A stretch of DNA of 24,000 bases from Bacillota bacterium (GCA_021786825.1 JAJYMS010000178.1:4570-28569), one strand, 5' to 3'. Positions 1-7,285 are shown, numbered from the stretch's first letter. A program made the numbers and translations. The notes: a model not told the origin generated them from the letters alone.

Positions 1-269
1 ACACGGCCAGCGGGAGCAGGGCGGTCGTGGGGGAGACCGCCGAGGGTGCCGCCGCGAAGGGACTCACGCCGAAGGGACTCACGCCGAAGGGACTCACGCC
101 GAAGGGACTCACGCCGAAGGGACTCACGCCGAAGGGGCTCACGCCGAAGGGGCTCACGCCGAGGGCGGCTGCAGATAGCGGGCTAATTCCCAGCGGGGAA
201 ACGCCCAGGGATGAAAGGAACGGGTTTGCGCCTAACGTGCAAGCCACTAGCTGCATCACCTCCTGTTGA
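1..269 (+). CDS. 3' end of a hypothetical protein with a KGLTP pentapeptide tandem repeat (5' end probably off-window)
   Basis: The frame is open from the window edge (frame of nt 3) to TGA at 267-269. The repeat period is 15 nt (5 codons), so the frame is kept. The only repeat polymorphism (GGA to GGG) is synonymous in this frame. The tail after the repeat has weaker GC3 bias, so coding status is uncertain. Confidence 0.4.
   Translation, partial: TASGSRAVVGETAEGAAAKGLTPKGLTPKGLTPKGLTPKGLTPKGLTPKGLTPRAAADSGLIPSGETPRDERNGFAPNVQATSCITSC
56..160. repeat. Seven head-to-tail copies of the 15-bp unit GAAGGGACTCACGCC
   Basis: Read directly. Copies at 56-70, 71-85, 86-100, 101-115 and 116-130 are identical. 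Copies at 131-145 and 146-160 carry A to G at unit position 7. There are no spacers between units. Confidence 0.95.
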
Positions 270-327
270 GTTTTTGGGGGGTCGGACCCCACCCTCAAAC
301 TATGCGACCAGACGGAATAACGTTACA

Positions 328-354
328 TAACCCGCCCGCCCGCAGGGTGGGTTA
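328..354. other. GC-rich stem-loop in the intergenic region (10-bp stem, 7-nt loop)
   Basis: TAACCCGCCC (328-337) pairs with GGGTGGGTTA (345-354), including one G-U wobble. The loop is GCCCGCA. No U-tract follows on either strand, so terminator function is unproven. Confidence 0.3.
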
Positions 355-485
355 ACAGCAAGTCCGCGGGAATGTGGACAGGCCTGGTCTTGGTCCCCGC
401 CGGCCTGGGTGTTCGTGCAGGAAGCGGCGCCGGTGATCGAGAATTGGCTGCGAGAGAGGTGAAGCAATTGCAGCAGACGGTTGAT

Positions 486-1268
486 ATGGGGAAATGGGCG
501 GTCGTCTTGGGGGCCTCCAGCGGTTTCGGCGCGGAGATCTCCCGGGAACTGGCCCGGTCGGGTTGGAACATCTGCGGCGTGCACCTTGACCGCAAGAGCG
601 CCCTGGCGGGGGTGCAGGCCTTGATCTCCCAAATTGAGGCTACCGGTCGCCGCGCCCTGTTCCATAACGTCAACGCCGCCAACGCCGAGCAACGTGCCAA
701 GGTCGTGGAAGGCTTGCACAGCGCCGTCGGGGCCGGGTCGGGGGGAGTGGGAGTGCTGGTTCACTCCCTGGCTTTCGGCACGCTCCGTCCTTTCATCGGT
801 TCCGAGAGCGACAGGGTCACCGAGGCCCAGATGGAGATGACTCTGGCTGTAATGGCCCACAGCCTCGTTTACTGGACCCAGGACCTGGTGGCCGCCGGCC
901 TGCTGGGCCCCGGGGCGCGGGTGTTCGCCATGACCAGTTCGGGCGGACACCGGGTGATCCCCGCTTACGGTGCCGTGTCGGCGGCCAAAGCGGCGCTGGA
1001 GTCCCACTGCCGGCAACTGGCCTTCGAGTTGGCGCCCCGGCGGATTGCGGTGAACGCCGTCCGGGCGGGCGTGACGGAGACCCCGGCTTTGCAAAAGATC
1101 CCGGGACATCAGCAACTGATTGAGGGAGCCCGCCTGCACAACCCCAGCGGGCGCCTGACCACCCCGGAAGACGTCGCGAGAGCCATCGCTGCCCTCTGTG
1201 ACCCGCGTACCGCCTGGATTACCGGCAACGTGATCGGCGTCGACGGGGGGGAGGATATCGTGGGTTAG
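486..1268 (+). CDS. fabL: Short-chain dehydrogenase/reductase, FabL-like enoyl-[acyl-carrier-protein] reductase
   Basis: N-terminal Rossmann motif VLGASSGFG lies right after ATG 486; the 372 start of the track ORF adds 38 non-homologous residues. The active-site spacing is Tyr-x6-Lys (YGAVSAAK), typical of enoyl reductases rather than the classical SDR Y-x3-K. The segment YGAVSAAKAALESHCRQLAFELAPRRIAVNAVRAG resembles my recollection of B. subtilis FabL ([35 protein letters not shown]). Confidence 0.65.
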   Translation: MGKWAVVLGASSGFGAEISRELARSGWNICGVHLDRKSALAGVQALISQIEATGRRALFHNVNAANAEQRAKVVEGLHSAVGAGSGGVGVLVHSLAFGTLRPFIGSESDRVTEAQMEMTLAVMAHSLVYWTQDLVAAGLLGPGARVFAMTSSGGHRVIPAYGAVSAAKAALESHCRQLAFELAPRRIAVNAVRAGVTETPALQKIPGHQQLIEGARLHNPSGRLTTPEDVARAIAALCDPRTAWITGNVIGVDGGEDIVG

Positions 1269-1293
1269 ACACATCGCCCGCCGGCGTATCCTC

Positions 1294-1322
1294 TTCTATT
1301 TCCAGTCGGGCTAAGGTATAAT
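1294..1322 (+). promoter_or_regulatory. Putative sigma-A-type promoter for the SCIFF operon
   Basis: Perfect -10 TATAAT at 1317-1322. A weak -35-like TTCTAT sits at 1294-1299 with a 17-nt spacer. The element lies about 20 nt upstream of the AGGAGG RBS. Confidence 0.35.
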
Positions 1323-1352
1323 ACTGCCGATATCGACCTCAGGAGGCAACCG

Positions 1353-1529
1353 ATGAAGGAAGCGTGCACGGCGGCGACCCCCAAAGACGAGTTCCGGCAT
1401 ATCCGGTTGATCCTGCGTACCCCGGTGAAGCAGGTGGTTGTGGACGAGCGGTGCGATCTTTGCCAGAGTTCGTGCCAGTCGGCCTGCAAGACGTCCTGCA
1501 CCGTCGGCAACCAGGTCTGCCCGCGGTAG
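1353..1529 (+). CDS. scfA: SCIFF (six cysteines in forty-five residues) ribosomal peptide precursor, 58 aa
   Basis: Hand translation: MKEACTAATPKDEFRHIRLILRTPVKQVVVDERCDLCQSSCQSACKTSCTVGNQVCPR. The C-terminal C-x2-C-x3-C-x3-C-x3-C-x6-C core (CQSACKTSCTVGNQ) matches the conserved SCIFF core. AGGAGG at 1341-1346 lies 6 nt before the ATG. The TAG stop (1527-1529) directly abuts the maturase ATG (1530). This ORF is not in the supplied track. Confidence 0.9.
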   Translation: MKEACTAATPKDEFRHIRLILRTPVKQVVVDERCDLCQSSCQSACKTSCTVGNQVCPR

Positions 1530-2945
1530 ATGAAGGACCCCAGGAACTTGCACCGTTTCACGGTCAATGACTGCCGGCTGGCGCTGGACGTCCCCAGCGG
1601 CAGTCTGGTGGAGCTTGACGCGGTGGCGTGGGAGGCTCTCGACCTCTATGGGGAGGTGGACCGGGAGGAGGCCGTAAGGCGGCTATCCCCCCGGTTCGGC
1701 GAAGCGGAGGCAGCGCGAGCCTGGGACGAGCTGGCGCGGTGTGAGGCCGAGGGCCTCTTTTTTTCTGCCCCGCCGGCAGTGCTCCGGTCGGGCTCAGGCG
1801 CTCCCGAGCCGGTGGAGGCCGCCGGGGGCATCCCGGCGGTCCTGCACTCGCTGTGCCTGAATCTGGCGCATGACTGCAACCTGCGCTGCGGTTACTGCTT
1901 TGCGGGCCAGGGCGCTTTCGGCGGCGGCCGCGGCCTGATGAGCCCGGAGGTGGCGCGGCGGGCCATCGATTTCCTGCTTCGCTCCTCCGGCCGTCGCCGG
2001 CAAGTGGAGGTCGATTTTTTCGGCGGGGAACCGCTTCTCAACCAGCGCGCCCTGAGGGAGACCATCGAGTACGCCGAGGCGCGCGGCCGGGAGGCGGGCA
2101 AGGCCTTTCGCTTCACCCTGACCACCAACGCCACCCTGCTGGACGACGAGACCCTCGAGTACCTCAACCAAAAGCGGGTCAGCCTGGTGCTGAGCCTCGA
2201 CGGGCGGCCCGAGGTCAACGACCGGATGCGGCCGGGCCCGGGGGGGCGGGGCAGTTACGACCGGGTCCTCCCCCGCATCAGGCGGGCGGTGGAGTCGCGC
2301 GGCGGAAGGGACTACTACGTCAGGGGGACCTATACCAGGCACAACCTGGACTTTGCCACGGACGTGCTGCACCTGGTCGACCAGGGATTCCAGGAGGTTT
2401 CGGTGGAACCGGTGGTTGGCACTCCGTCCGACGGGTACGCCCTGCGACAGACCGACCTGCCCGCGGTTATGGCTGAGTATGAACGGCTGGCCCGTACTTA
2501 CGTCCAGCGCTGGCAGGACGGGCGCCCCTTCTCCTTCTTCCACTTCAACATTGACGTGGAGCAGGGACCCTGTCTGGCCAGGCGGGTGACCGGCTGCGGC
2601 GCCGGTACCGAATACTTGGCGGTCACCCCGGAGGGCGAGTTGTACCCCTGCCATCAGTTCGTGGGGCGGCGCGAGTTCATGATGGGCAACGCGGACGAGG
2701 GGGTCACCCGGCCGGACCTGGCGCGGCTCTTCCGCGAGACCACCATCCATCAAAAACCGCTCTGCGGGGACTGCTGGGCGCGCTTCTACTGCGGCGGTGG
2801 CTGCCACGCCAACGCCCACTTGTCCAACGGCGATCTCCGCCTGCCCTACGCCATCGGGTGCGCGGTGCAAAAGAAGCGGATCGAGTGCGCCCTGTACATC
2901 CAGGCGGCCACCCGGGAATCGCTCTCAAGGCTTGCGGGCGATTAG
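1530..2945 (+). CDS. scfB: Radical SAM/SPASM thioether-forming SCIFF peptide maturase
   Basis: Radical SAM motif CNLRCGYC (C-x3-C-x2-C). C-terminal SPASM cysteines are present (CGAGTEY...YPCHQF, CGDCWARFYCGGGCHANA). Length is 471 aa. It sits immediately downstream of the SCIFF precursor, which is the canonical scfA-scfB arrangement. Confidence 0.9.
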   Translation: MKDPRNLHRFTVNDCRLALDVPSGSLVELDAVAWEALDLYGEVDREEAVRRLSPRFGEAEAARAWDELARCEAEGLFFSAPPAVLRSGSGAPEPVEAAGGIPAVLHSLCLNLAHDCNLRCGYCFAGQGAFGGGRGLMSPEVARRAIDFLLRSSGRRRQVEVDFFGGEPLLNQRALRETIEYAEARGREAGKAFRFTLTTNATLLDDETLEYLNQKRVSLVLSLDGRPEVNDRMRPGPGGRGSYDRVLPRIRRAVESRGGRDYYVRGTYTRHNLDFATDVLHLVDQGFQEVSVEPVVGTPSDGYALRQTDLPAVMAEYERLARTYVQRWQDGRPFSFFHFNIDVEQGPCLARRVTGCGAGTEYLAVTPEGELYPCHQFVGRREFMMGNADEGVTRPDLARLFRETTIHQKPLCGDCWARFYCGGGCHANAHLSNGDLRLPYAIGCAVQKKRIECALYIQAATRESLSRLAGD

Positions 2946-3749
2946 CTCGGCGCCGGCCCAGGTGACCGGAAAGCCGTTTCCGGCGCCTCCCAGGGAGGCC
3001 AGTCGGTGCATGGCGGCGCCTACCAGGTCAAGATCCGCCGGGGTCAGTCCGTGGCTCCAGGGCGGAGCGACGACCGCCATAGCTCGGGCAAAGGCTTGGT
3101 GGTCCCTGATCACGCTGCGCCAGGCCACCGGGCGCAGTTCGCTGATCCTGAAACCGCACCGGAGGGCGAAGTGAGCCGGTTCGTCCAAGCCGGGCAGCCG
3201 GGGCGGGACCCACTTTCCGCCCAGTCCGAGCAGGACCAGCACCCGCTGAAGGAGCGCCCACCACTCCCGGCAGCATGGTTCCACGGCGCAACTGAGGGCC
3301 AGCAGGCCGCCCGGTCGCAGCACCCGGAACATCTCCGCCAGCGCGGCCGCCCGGTCGGAAAACCATTGCAACGCGTTGGCGCAAACGACCAGATCAAAAA
3401 GACCGGGTGGCAGCGGGAGGTGTTCGGCTTGCGCAGGCACGAAGTGTGCCGGCAGGCCTCTTTGGGTTGCTTTGGCCTGCGCGGCGACCACCATCCCGAT
3501 CGACTGGTCGACGCCCACCGCCAGGCGGACGGGGCCAAAGCGCTCGACCGCCCGGAAGAGGGCGATGCCGGTCCCGGTGGCCACATCCAGGATGGCCGGG
3601 CAGGGCGGAAGAACCAGCCGTTGCAGCAGGCGGTCGGCTTCCAGCGTATACGGCACCTCCACGGTGGCGTCGTAGACGGGCGCCGAGAAGTCGTAGCCGG
3701 GGGCGGAAAAGCCACCGCCGGTTGTGGGTGCCGTCGACCGGTTGCGCAC
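2925..3749 (-). CDS. Class I SAM-dependent methyltransferase (type 11-like)
   Basis: SAM-binding motif I ILDVATGTGIAL. Post-I region VGVDQS. Motif VVCANALQWF followed by FRVLRPGGLL. GTG start at 3749. Its 3' end overlaps the convergent maturase gene by 21 nt. Confidence 0.8.
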   Translation of the reverse strand: MRNRSTAPTTGGGFSAPGYDFSAPVYDATVEVPYTLEADRLLQRLVLPPCPAILDVATGTGIALFRAVERFGPVRLAVGVDQSIGMVVAAQAKATQRGLPAHFVPAQAEHLPLPPGLFDLVVCANALQWFSDRAAALAEMFRVLRPGGLLALSCAVEPCCREWWALLQRVLVLLGLGGKWVPPRLPGLDEPAHFALRCGFRISELRPVAWRSVIRDHQAFARAMAVVAPPWSHGLTPADLDLVGAAMHRLASLGGAGNGFPVTWAGAELIARKP

Positions 3750-3892
3750 GTTAATCCCACCAGTACTTCCGGCTTGCGTCGGTGCGGCTCGTAGTCATCT
3801 TATGTTGCTGGAGCCTTGACGCGCCCGCGAACCAGAAACCTGAAGGTTACGTATAATGCCCTGAGCAAGAGGCGCGAAGGGAGGTAGCATTG

Positions 3893-4249
3893 ATGACGAA
3901 CACGCCTTATCCGTACATGCCGCCGCTCGCGGCACCGCCTGTGGCGCAGTGGAGTGGCGCTGGTTTTCCTGGTGTTGGGCAGTTGCAACCGGATGGAGCC
4001 CAGCGAGTCGAACGGCCCTTCGGACCCCCGATTTACACCGCCGGCCCGCCAACCGTCGGCTGGACACCCGGCTACGGCGGGATGCCGGCCTACGGCGGGG
4101 GGGCACCCCTTTATGGCGGGGGGATGCCGGTCGCTGGGTCGGGCGTTCCCGGGTGGGGAATTCCTTGGTTTGGGGGAGGGGCCCCGGCCTATGGCGGAGC
4201 GATGCGTGCTTATGGCCGGGCAATGCCCGGTTACCGTTGCGGACCGTAG
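3893..4249 (+). CDS. Small Gly/Pro/Tyr-rich hypothetical protein with [PR][AL]YGG[GA] repeats
   Basis: RBS AAGGGAGG at 3877-3884 lies 8 nt before ATG 3893 (an in-frame TTG at 3890 is also possible). TATAAT at 3852-3857 is upstream. The sequence is low-complexity with MPAYGGG, PLYGGGMP, APAYGGAM and RAYGRAMP. There is no signal peptide and no recognisable domain. Confidence 0.55.
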   Translation: MTNTPYPYMPPLAAPPVAQWSGAGFPGVGQLQPDGAQRVERPFGPPIYTAGPPTVGWTPGYGGMPAYGGGAPLYGGGMPVAGSGVPGWGIPWFGGGAPAYGGAMRAYGRAMPGYRCGP

Positions 4250-4273
4250 CGGTGTTTAGGGGGCACGACAGGT

Positions 4274-4299
4274 CAGGCGGTACCGCAGGGTACCGCCTG
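4274..4299 (+). terminator. Perfect 11-bp stem-loop downstream of the Gly/Tyr-rich gene
   Basis: CAGGCGGTACC (4274-4284), loop GCAG, then GGTACCGCCTG (4289-4299). It begins 25 nt after the stop codon. The following sequence GTTCATGG is only weakly U-rich, so intrinsic termination is plausible but not certain. Confidence 0.4.
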
Positions 4300-4414
4300 G
4301 TTCATGGTGGTGGGTAAGTTTCTTGCCCTGCCCGGGAGGAGTCTTGCCCGGGGCGTCGAACCTGACGAGCAGCGGATCCAGGCAGGAGAACGCGGTCGGA
4401 AAGGGGAGGAAAGG

Positions 4415-5575
4415 GTGGACTTCCATCTGACAGACGACCAACAGATGGTCGTCGATCTGGCCCGGCGGGTGGCCCGCGCCAGGGTCGCCCCACGGGCGGC
4501 GGCCATCGACGAGGAAGGGGTATATCCCGAGGACATCTTCCAGTTATTCAAAGAGGCCGGGCTCCTGGGCCTGGCGGTGCCGGAAGAGTACGGCGGGATG
4601 GGGATGGGCACCCTGGGGCTTGTGCTCGCCGTCGAGGAGGTGGCCAAGTACTGCTGCGCCTCGGGGCTGATCCTGCTGCTCACCCGCCTTCCCTTGGCAC
4701 CGATCATGTTGGCGGGCACGGAGGAGCAGAAACAGAAATACGCTCGTGGCATCGCCGAGGGGCGGGTGAGGGGGGCCTTCGGGCTCACCGAGCCGGACTG
4801 CGGCTCCGATGCGGCGGCGATTCGCACCACCGCCGTGCGCCGGGGCGATCACTACGTGCTGAACGGCACCAAGCGCTTCATCTCAGGCACCACCGTCGCC
4901 GACTTCTTCACCATCGCGGCCAAGACCGACCCGGCCGCCGGCTCCCGCGGGCTGAGTCTCCTGGTGGTCGAAAAGGGCACCACCGGGCTGTCGCTGGGCA
5001 AGCAGGAGAACAAGATGGGGGTGCGCGGCGTCCCGGTCACCGAGATCATCATGGAAGATTGTCGCGTGCCGGCCGAAAACCTGCTCGGGCAGGAGAACCA
5101 GGGCTTTAAGACGGTGATGCATACCCTTAACTCGCTGCGGCCGGTGGTGGCCTCGCGGGGGATCGGTCTGGCCGAGGGGGCCTTGCAGTATGGGATCGAT
5201 TATGCCCGGGAGCGGAAGGCCTTCGGACAACCGGTCATCGAGTTTCAAGGGTTGCAGTGGATGATCGCCGACCTGGCCATCGCCATCGAGGCTTCGCGCC
5301 TCTTGACCTACAGGGCGGCGCAGTTCGTGGACGAGGGGAAGTACACCCGCGAGTATGCCCACTTTCTTTCGATGGCCAAGACGATGGCCACCGACACGGC
5401 GGTGCGGGTGGCCACCGACGCCCTGCAGCTGCTGGGCGGAAACGGATACATGAAAGAGTATCCGATGGAGCGTTTTTACCGGGACGCCAAGCAACTGCAA
5501 ATCGTGGAAGGGATCAACCAGATCCAGCGCAACATCATCGCCAGGAGCATCATCGATCGGCACCTGCACTGGTGA
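4415..5575 (+). CDS. Acyl-CoA dehydrogenase (short/butyryl-CoA dehydrogenase-like)
   Basis: The homology-consistent N-terminus VDFHLTDDQQMVVDLAR starts at GTG 4415, preceded by GGAGG at 4405-4409; the track ORF start at 4304 is an upstream extension. ACAD motifs: GLTEPDCGSDA, and the C-terminal GGNGYMKEYPMERFYRDAKQLQIVEG with the catalytic Glu region. Confidence 0.9.
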   Translation: MDFHLTDDQQMVVDLARRVARARVAPRAAAIDEEGVYPEDIFQLFKEAGLLGLAVPEEYGGMGMGTLGLVLAVEEVAKYCCASGLILLLTRLPLAPIMLAGTEEQKQKYARGIAEGRVRGAFGLTEPDCGSDAAAIRTTAVRRGDHYVLNGTKRFISGTTVADFFTIAAKTDPAAGSRGLSLLVVEKGTTGLSLGKQENKMGVRGVPVTEIIMEDCRVPAENLLGQENQGFKTVMHTLNSLRPVVASRGIGLAEGALQYGIDYARERKAFGQPVIEFQGLQWMIADLAIAIEASRLLTYRAAQFVDEGKYTREYAHFLSMAKTMATDTAVRVATDALQLLGGNGYMKEYPMERFYRDAKQLQIVEGINQIQRNIIARSIIDRHLHW

Positions 5576-5609
5576 GCCATGTGGCTGAACTGACCCGCCG
5601 CGCCCCTGG

Positions 5610-5639
5610 TTTACACCGTCGCAGCGACTGGGGTATAGT
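5610..5639 (+). promoter_or_regulatory. Putative sigma-A promoter upstream of tryptophanase
   Basis: TTTACA (5610-5615), an 18-nt spacer, then TATAGT (5634-5639). It sits in the ACAD-tnaA intergenic region, about 100 nt upstream of the TTG start. Confidence 0.5.
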
Positions 5640-5737
5640 GTGGGCGGTGAGTTCACGCCGGCCGGACCCCTGCCGCAGCCAAGCCGAGGCAAGGTAACGT
5701 GTGATGGGACAGGCTGGCGCAGACGGGAGGCGACGAC

Positions 5738-7126
5738 TTGTCGGACGCGTGGGAAGAAGAACTTCTGGCCGAGCCCTACCGCATCAAGGTCATCGAACCG
5801 GTTCGGCGGACCACCCGCCAGGAACGAGAGGAGTTGATCCGGCGCGCCGGTTACAACCCGTTCCGGTTGCCGGCCGAGGCGGTCTACATCGACCTTCTGA
5901 CCGACAGCGGGACCTCGGCGATGAGCGACCGGCAGTGGGCGGGCCTGATGATCGGCGACGAGTCCTACGCCGGCAGCCGCAACTTCTACCACCTGCAGGC
6001 GACCGTCGAGCGCATTTTCGGCTTTCCCCACGTGATTCCCACCCACCAGGGGCGCGCGGCCGAGAATGTCCTGTTCACCACGCTGCTAAAGGAGGGCCAG
6101 GTGGTGCCGAACAACATGCACTTCGACACCACCAAGGCCCACGTGTTGCACAAGGGGGGCCGGCCGGTGGACTGTCCGGTGACGGCGGCCTACGATCCCA
6201 CCCAGCCGGAGCCCTTCAAGGGGAACGTGGACCTCGGCAAGCTGGAGGAGCTGATTCGAACCGAGGGACCCGCCAAGATCCCCTTTCTGATGGTCACCGC
6301 CACCTGCAACTCCGGCGGGGGCCAGCCGGTTTCCCTCGCCAACTTGCGCGGGGTCAAGGAGGTTGCCTCCCGGTACGGCATCCCCGTCTTCATCGACGCC
6401 TGCCGCTTCGCCGAGAACGCCTACTTCATAAAGCAGCGCGAGCCCGGCCAGGCCGGTCGCAGCCTGGGTGAGATCGCGCGGGAGATGTTCAGCTACGCCG
6501 ACGGATGCACCATGAGCGCCAAGAAGGACGCGCTGGTGAACATCGGCGGTTTCTTGGCCCTGCGCGACGAGCAGCTCTACCGGGAAGCCTCGGTCTGGGC
6601 GGTGCTGTTCGAGGGCTTTCCCACTTACGGCGGCCTGGCTGGGCGCGACCTCGAGGCCATGGCGAGGGGCCTGGAAGAGGTGCTCGATGAGAGCTACCTG
6701 GCCCACCGGATCGGGCAGGTGGAGTACCTGGCCAGGCGACTGTTGCAGGCGGGGGTGCCCATCGTGGAGCCTCCCGGCGGTCACGCCGTCTACGTCGACG
6801 TGCGGCGCTTCCTGCCCCACCTGCCGCAGGGCCAGTTCCCCGCCTGGGCGCTGTCAGTCGCCCTGTACGTGGAAGCCGGGGTCCGCAGCGTGGAGGTGGG
6901 GACGGTGCTCGCGGGCCGCGACCCGGCCACCGGCGACCACGACTATCCCAGGCTGGAGTTGCTGCGCCTGGCGATTCCGCGGCGGGTTTACACCCAGACC
7001 CACCTGGAGCTGGTGGCCCGGGCCATCATCCGCCTCTACGGGCAGCGCGACCGCATCAAGGGCTTCCGCTTCACCTTCGAACCGCCGGTGCTGCGGCACT
7101 TCACCGCCCGCTTTGAGCCGGTGTAG
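5738..7126 (+). CDS. tnaA: Tryptophanase (tryptophan indole-lyase), PLP-dependent beta-eliminating lyase
   Basis: Similarity to the Trpase/TPL family runs the whole length (IDLLTDSGTSAMS, IPTHQGRAAE, GGQPVSLANL, RFAENAYFIKQRE, the PLP-Lys region SAKKDALVNIGG, LRLAIPRRVYTQTH). The two positions I recall as separating Trpase from tyrosine phenol-lyase are Trpase-like: Asp in HFDTT (TPL has Thr) and His in LRHFTA (TPL has Phe). TTG start at 5738, with GGGAGG 7 nt upstream. Confidence 0.8.
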   Translation: MSDAWEEELLAEPYRIKVIEPVRRTTRQEREELIRRAGYNPFRLPAEAVYIDLLTDSGTSAMSDRQWAGLMIGDESYAGSRNFYHLQATVERIFGFPHVIPTHQGRAAENVLFTTLLKEGQVVPNNMHFDTTKAHVLHKGGRPVDCPVTAAYDPTQPEPFKGNVDLGKLEELIRTEGPAKIPFLMVTATCNSGGGQPVSLANLRGVKEVASRYGIPVFIDACRFAENAYFIKQREPGQAGRSLGEIAREMFSYADGCTMSAKKDALVNIGGFLALRDEQLYREASVWAVLFEGFPTYGGLAGRDLEAMARGLEEVLDESYLAHRIGQVEYLARRLLQAGVPIVEPPGGHAVYVDVRRFLPHLPQGQFPAWALSVALYVEAGVRSVEVGTVLAGRDPATGDHDYPRLELLRLAIPRRVYTQTHLELVARAIIRLYGQRDRIKGFRFTFEPPVLRHFTARFEPV

Positions 7127-7285
7127 ACCCGGGCGGGGCCATAGTTTACCGGAGATTCTCCCGGCCCTCGGCCACCGCCGGCAGGGCCCTCTCGGCGTGC
7201 GATTGGTCGGCTCTGCCGGCAAGAATCCTTTCTAGCTCTGAGGGGCGAGTGCGTTGTGCTGCGGCGCTCAAATCAGACCGGCGCC

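Noticed and set aside
56-160. Possible CRISPR array or plasmid-type iterons, suggested by the regular 15-bp repeat.
   Set aside because: The units are directly abutting with no spacers, 15 bp is far shorter than CRISPR repeats, and there are no cas or rep genes nearby. An in-frame coding VNTR explains the pattern better.
265-300. Imperfect two-part stem-loop spanning the stop codon of the first ORF (GTTGAG/CTCAAAC outer stem, GGGGGGT/ACCCCACC inner stem).
   Set aside because: It needs bulges and an internal T5 loop, and no U-tract follows. It is too weak to call as a terminator, so it is noted only.
372-485. N-terminal extensions of track ORFs: 372 for the SDR, 4304 for the ACAD, 11571 for tag, 15429 for ttrB-like, 22348 for the polyferredoxin and 23458 for cytochrome b.
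   Set aside because: Homolog N-termini, Rossmann/Tat motif positions and RBS placement all favour the internal starts (486, 4415, 11679, 15582, 22174, 23428). The extensions are low-complexity and/or overlap upstream genes.
1364-1570. 68-aa plus-strand ORF in the track that covers the same DNA as the SCIFF precursor.
   Set aside because: It has no RBS, its Arg/Pro/Gly-rich product has no features, and it runs into the maturase gene. The alternative frame (1353-1529) has AGGAGG and the conserved six-Cys SCIFF core.
3816-3857. TTGACG at 3816-3821 as the -35 partner of the TATAAT at 3852-3857.
   Set aside because: The 30-nt spacing is incompatible with a sigma-70-type promoter. Only the -10 element is supported, so no full promoter feature is reported there.
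5640-5737. Possible T-box riboswitch or tnaC-like attenuation leader upstream of tryptophanase.
   Set aside because: About 100 nt is too short for a T-box. I saw no specifier/T-box-like conserved sequence, no terminator/antiterminator pair, and no RBS-preceded Trp-codon mini-ORF within the predicted transcript.
7163-7188. GC-rich bulged hairpin (GGCCCTCGGC / GCCG-GC-AGGGCC) downstream of tnaA as a candidate terminator.
   Set aside because: It contains a bulge and lacks any following T-run. In sequence this GC-rich, stems like this arise by chance, so the support is insufficient.
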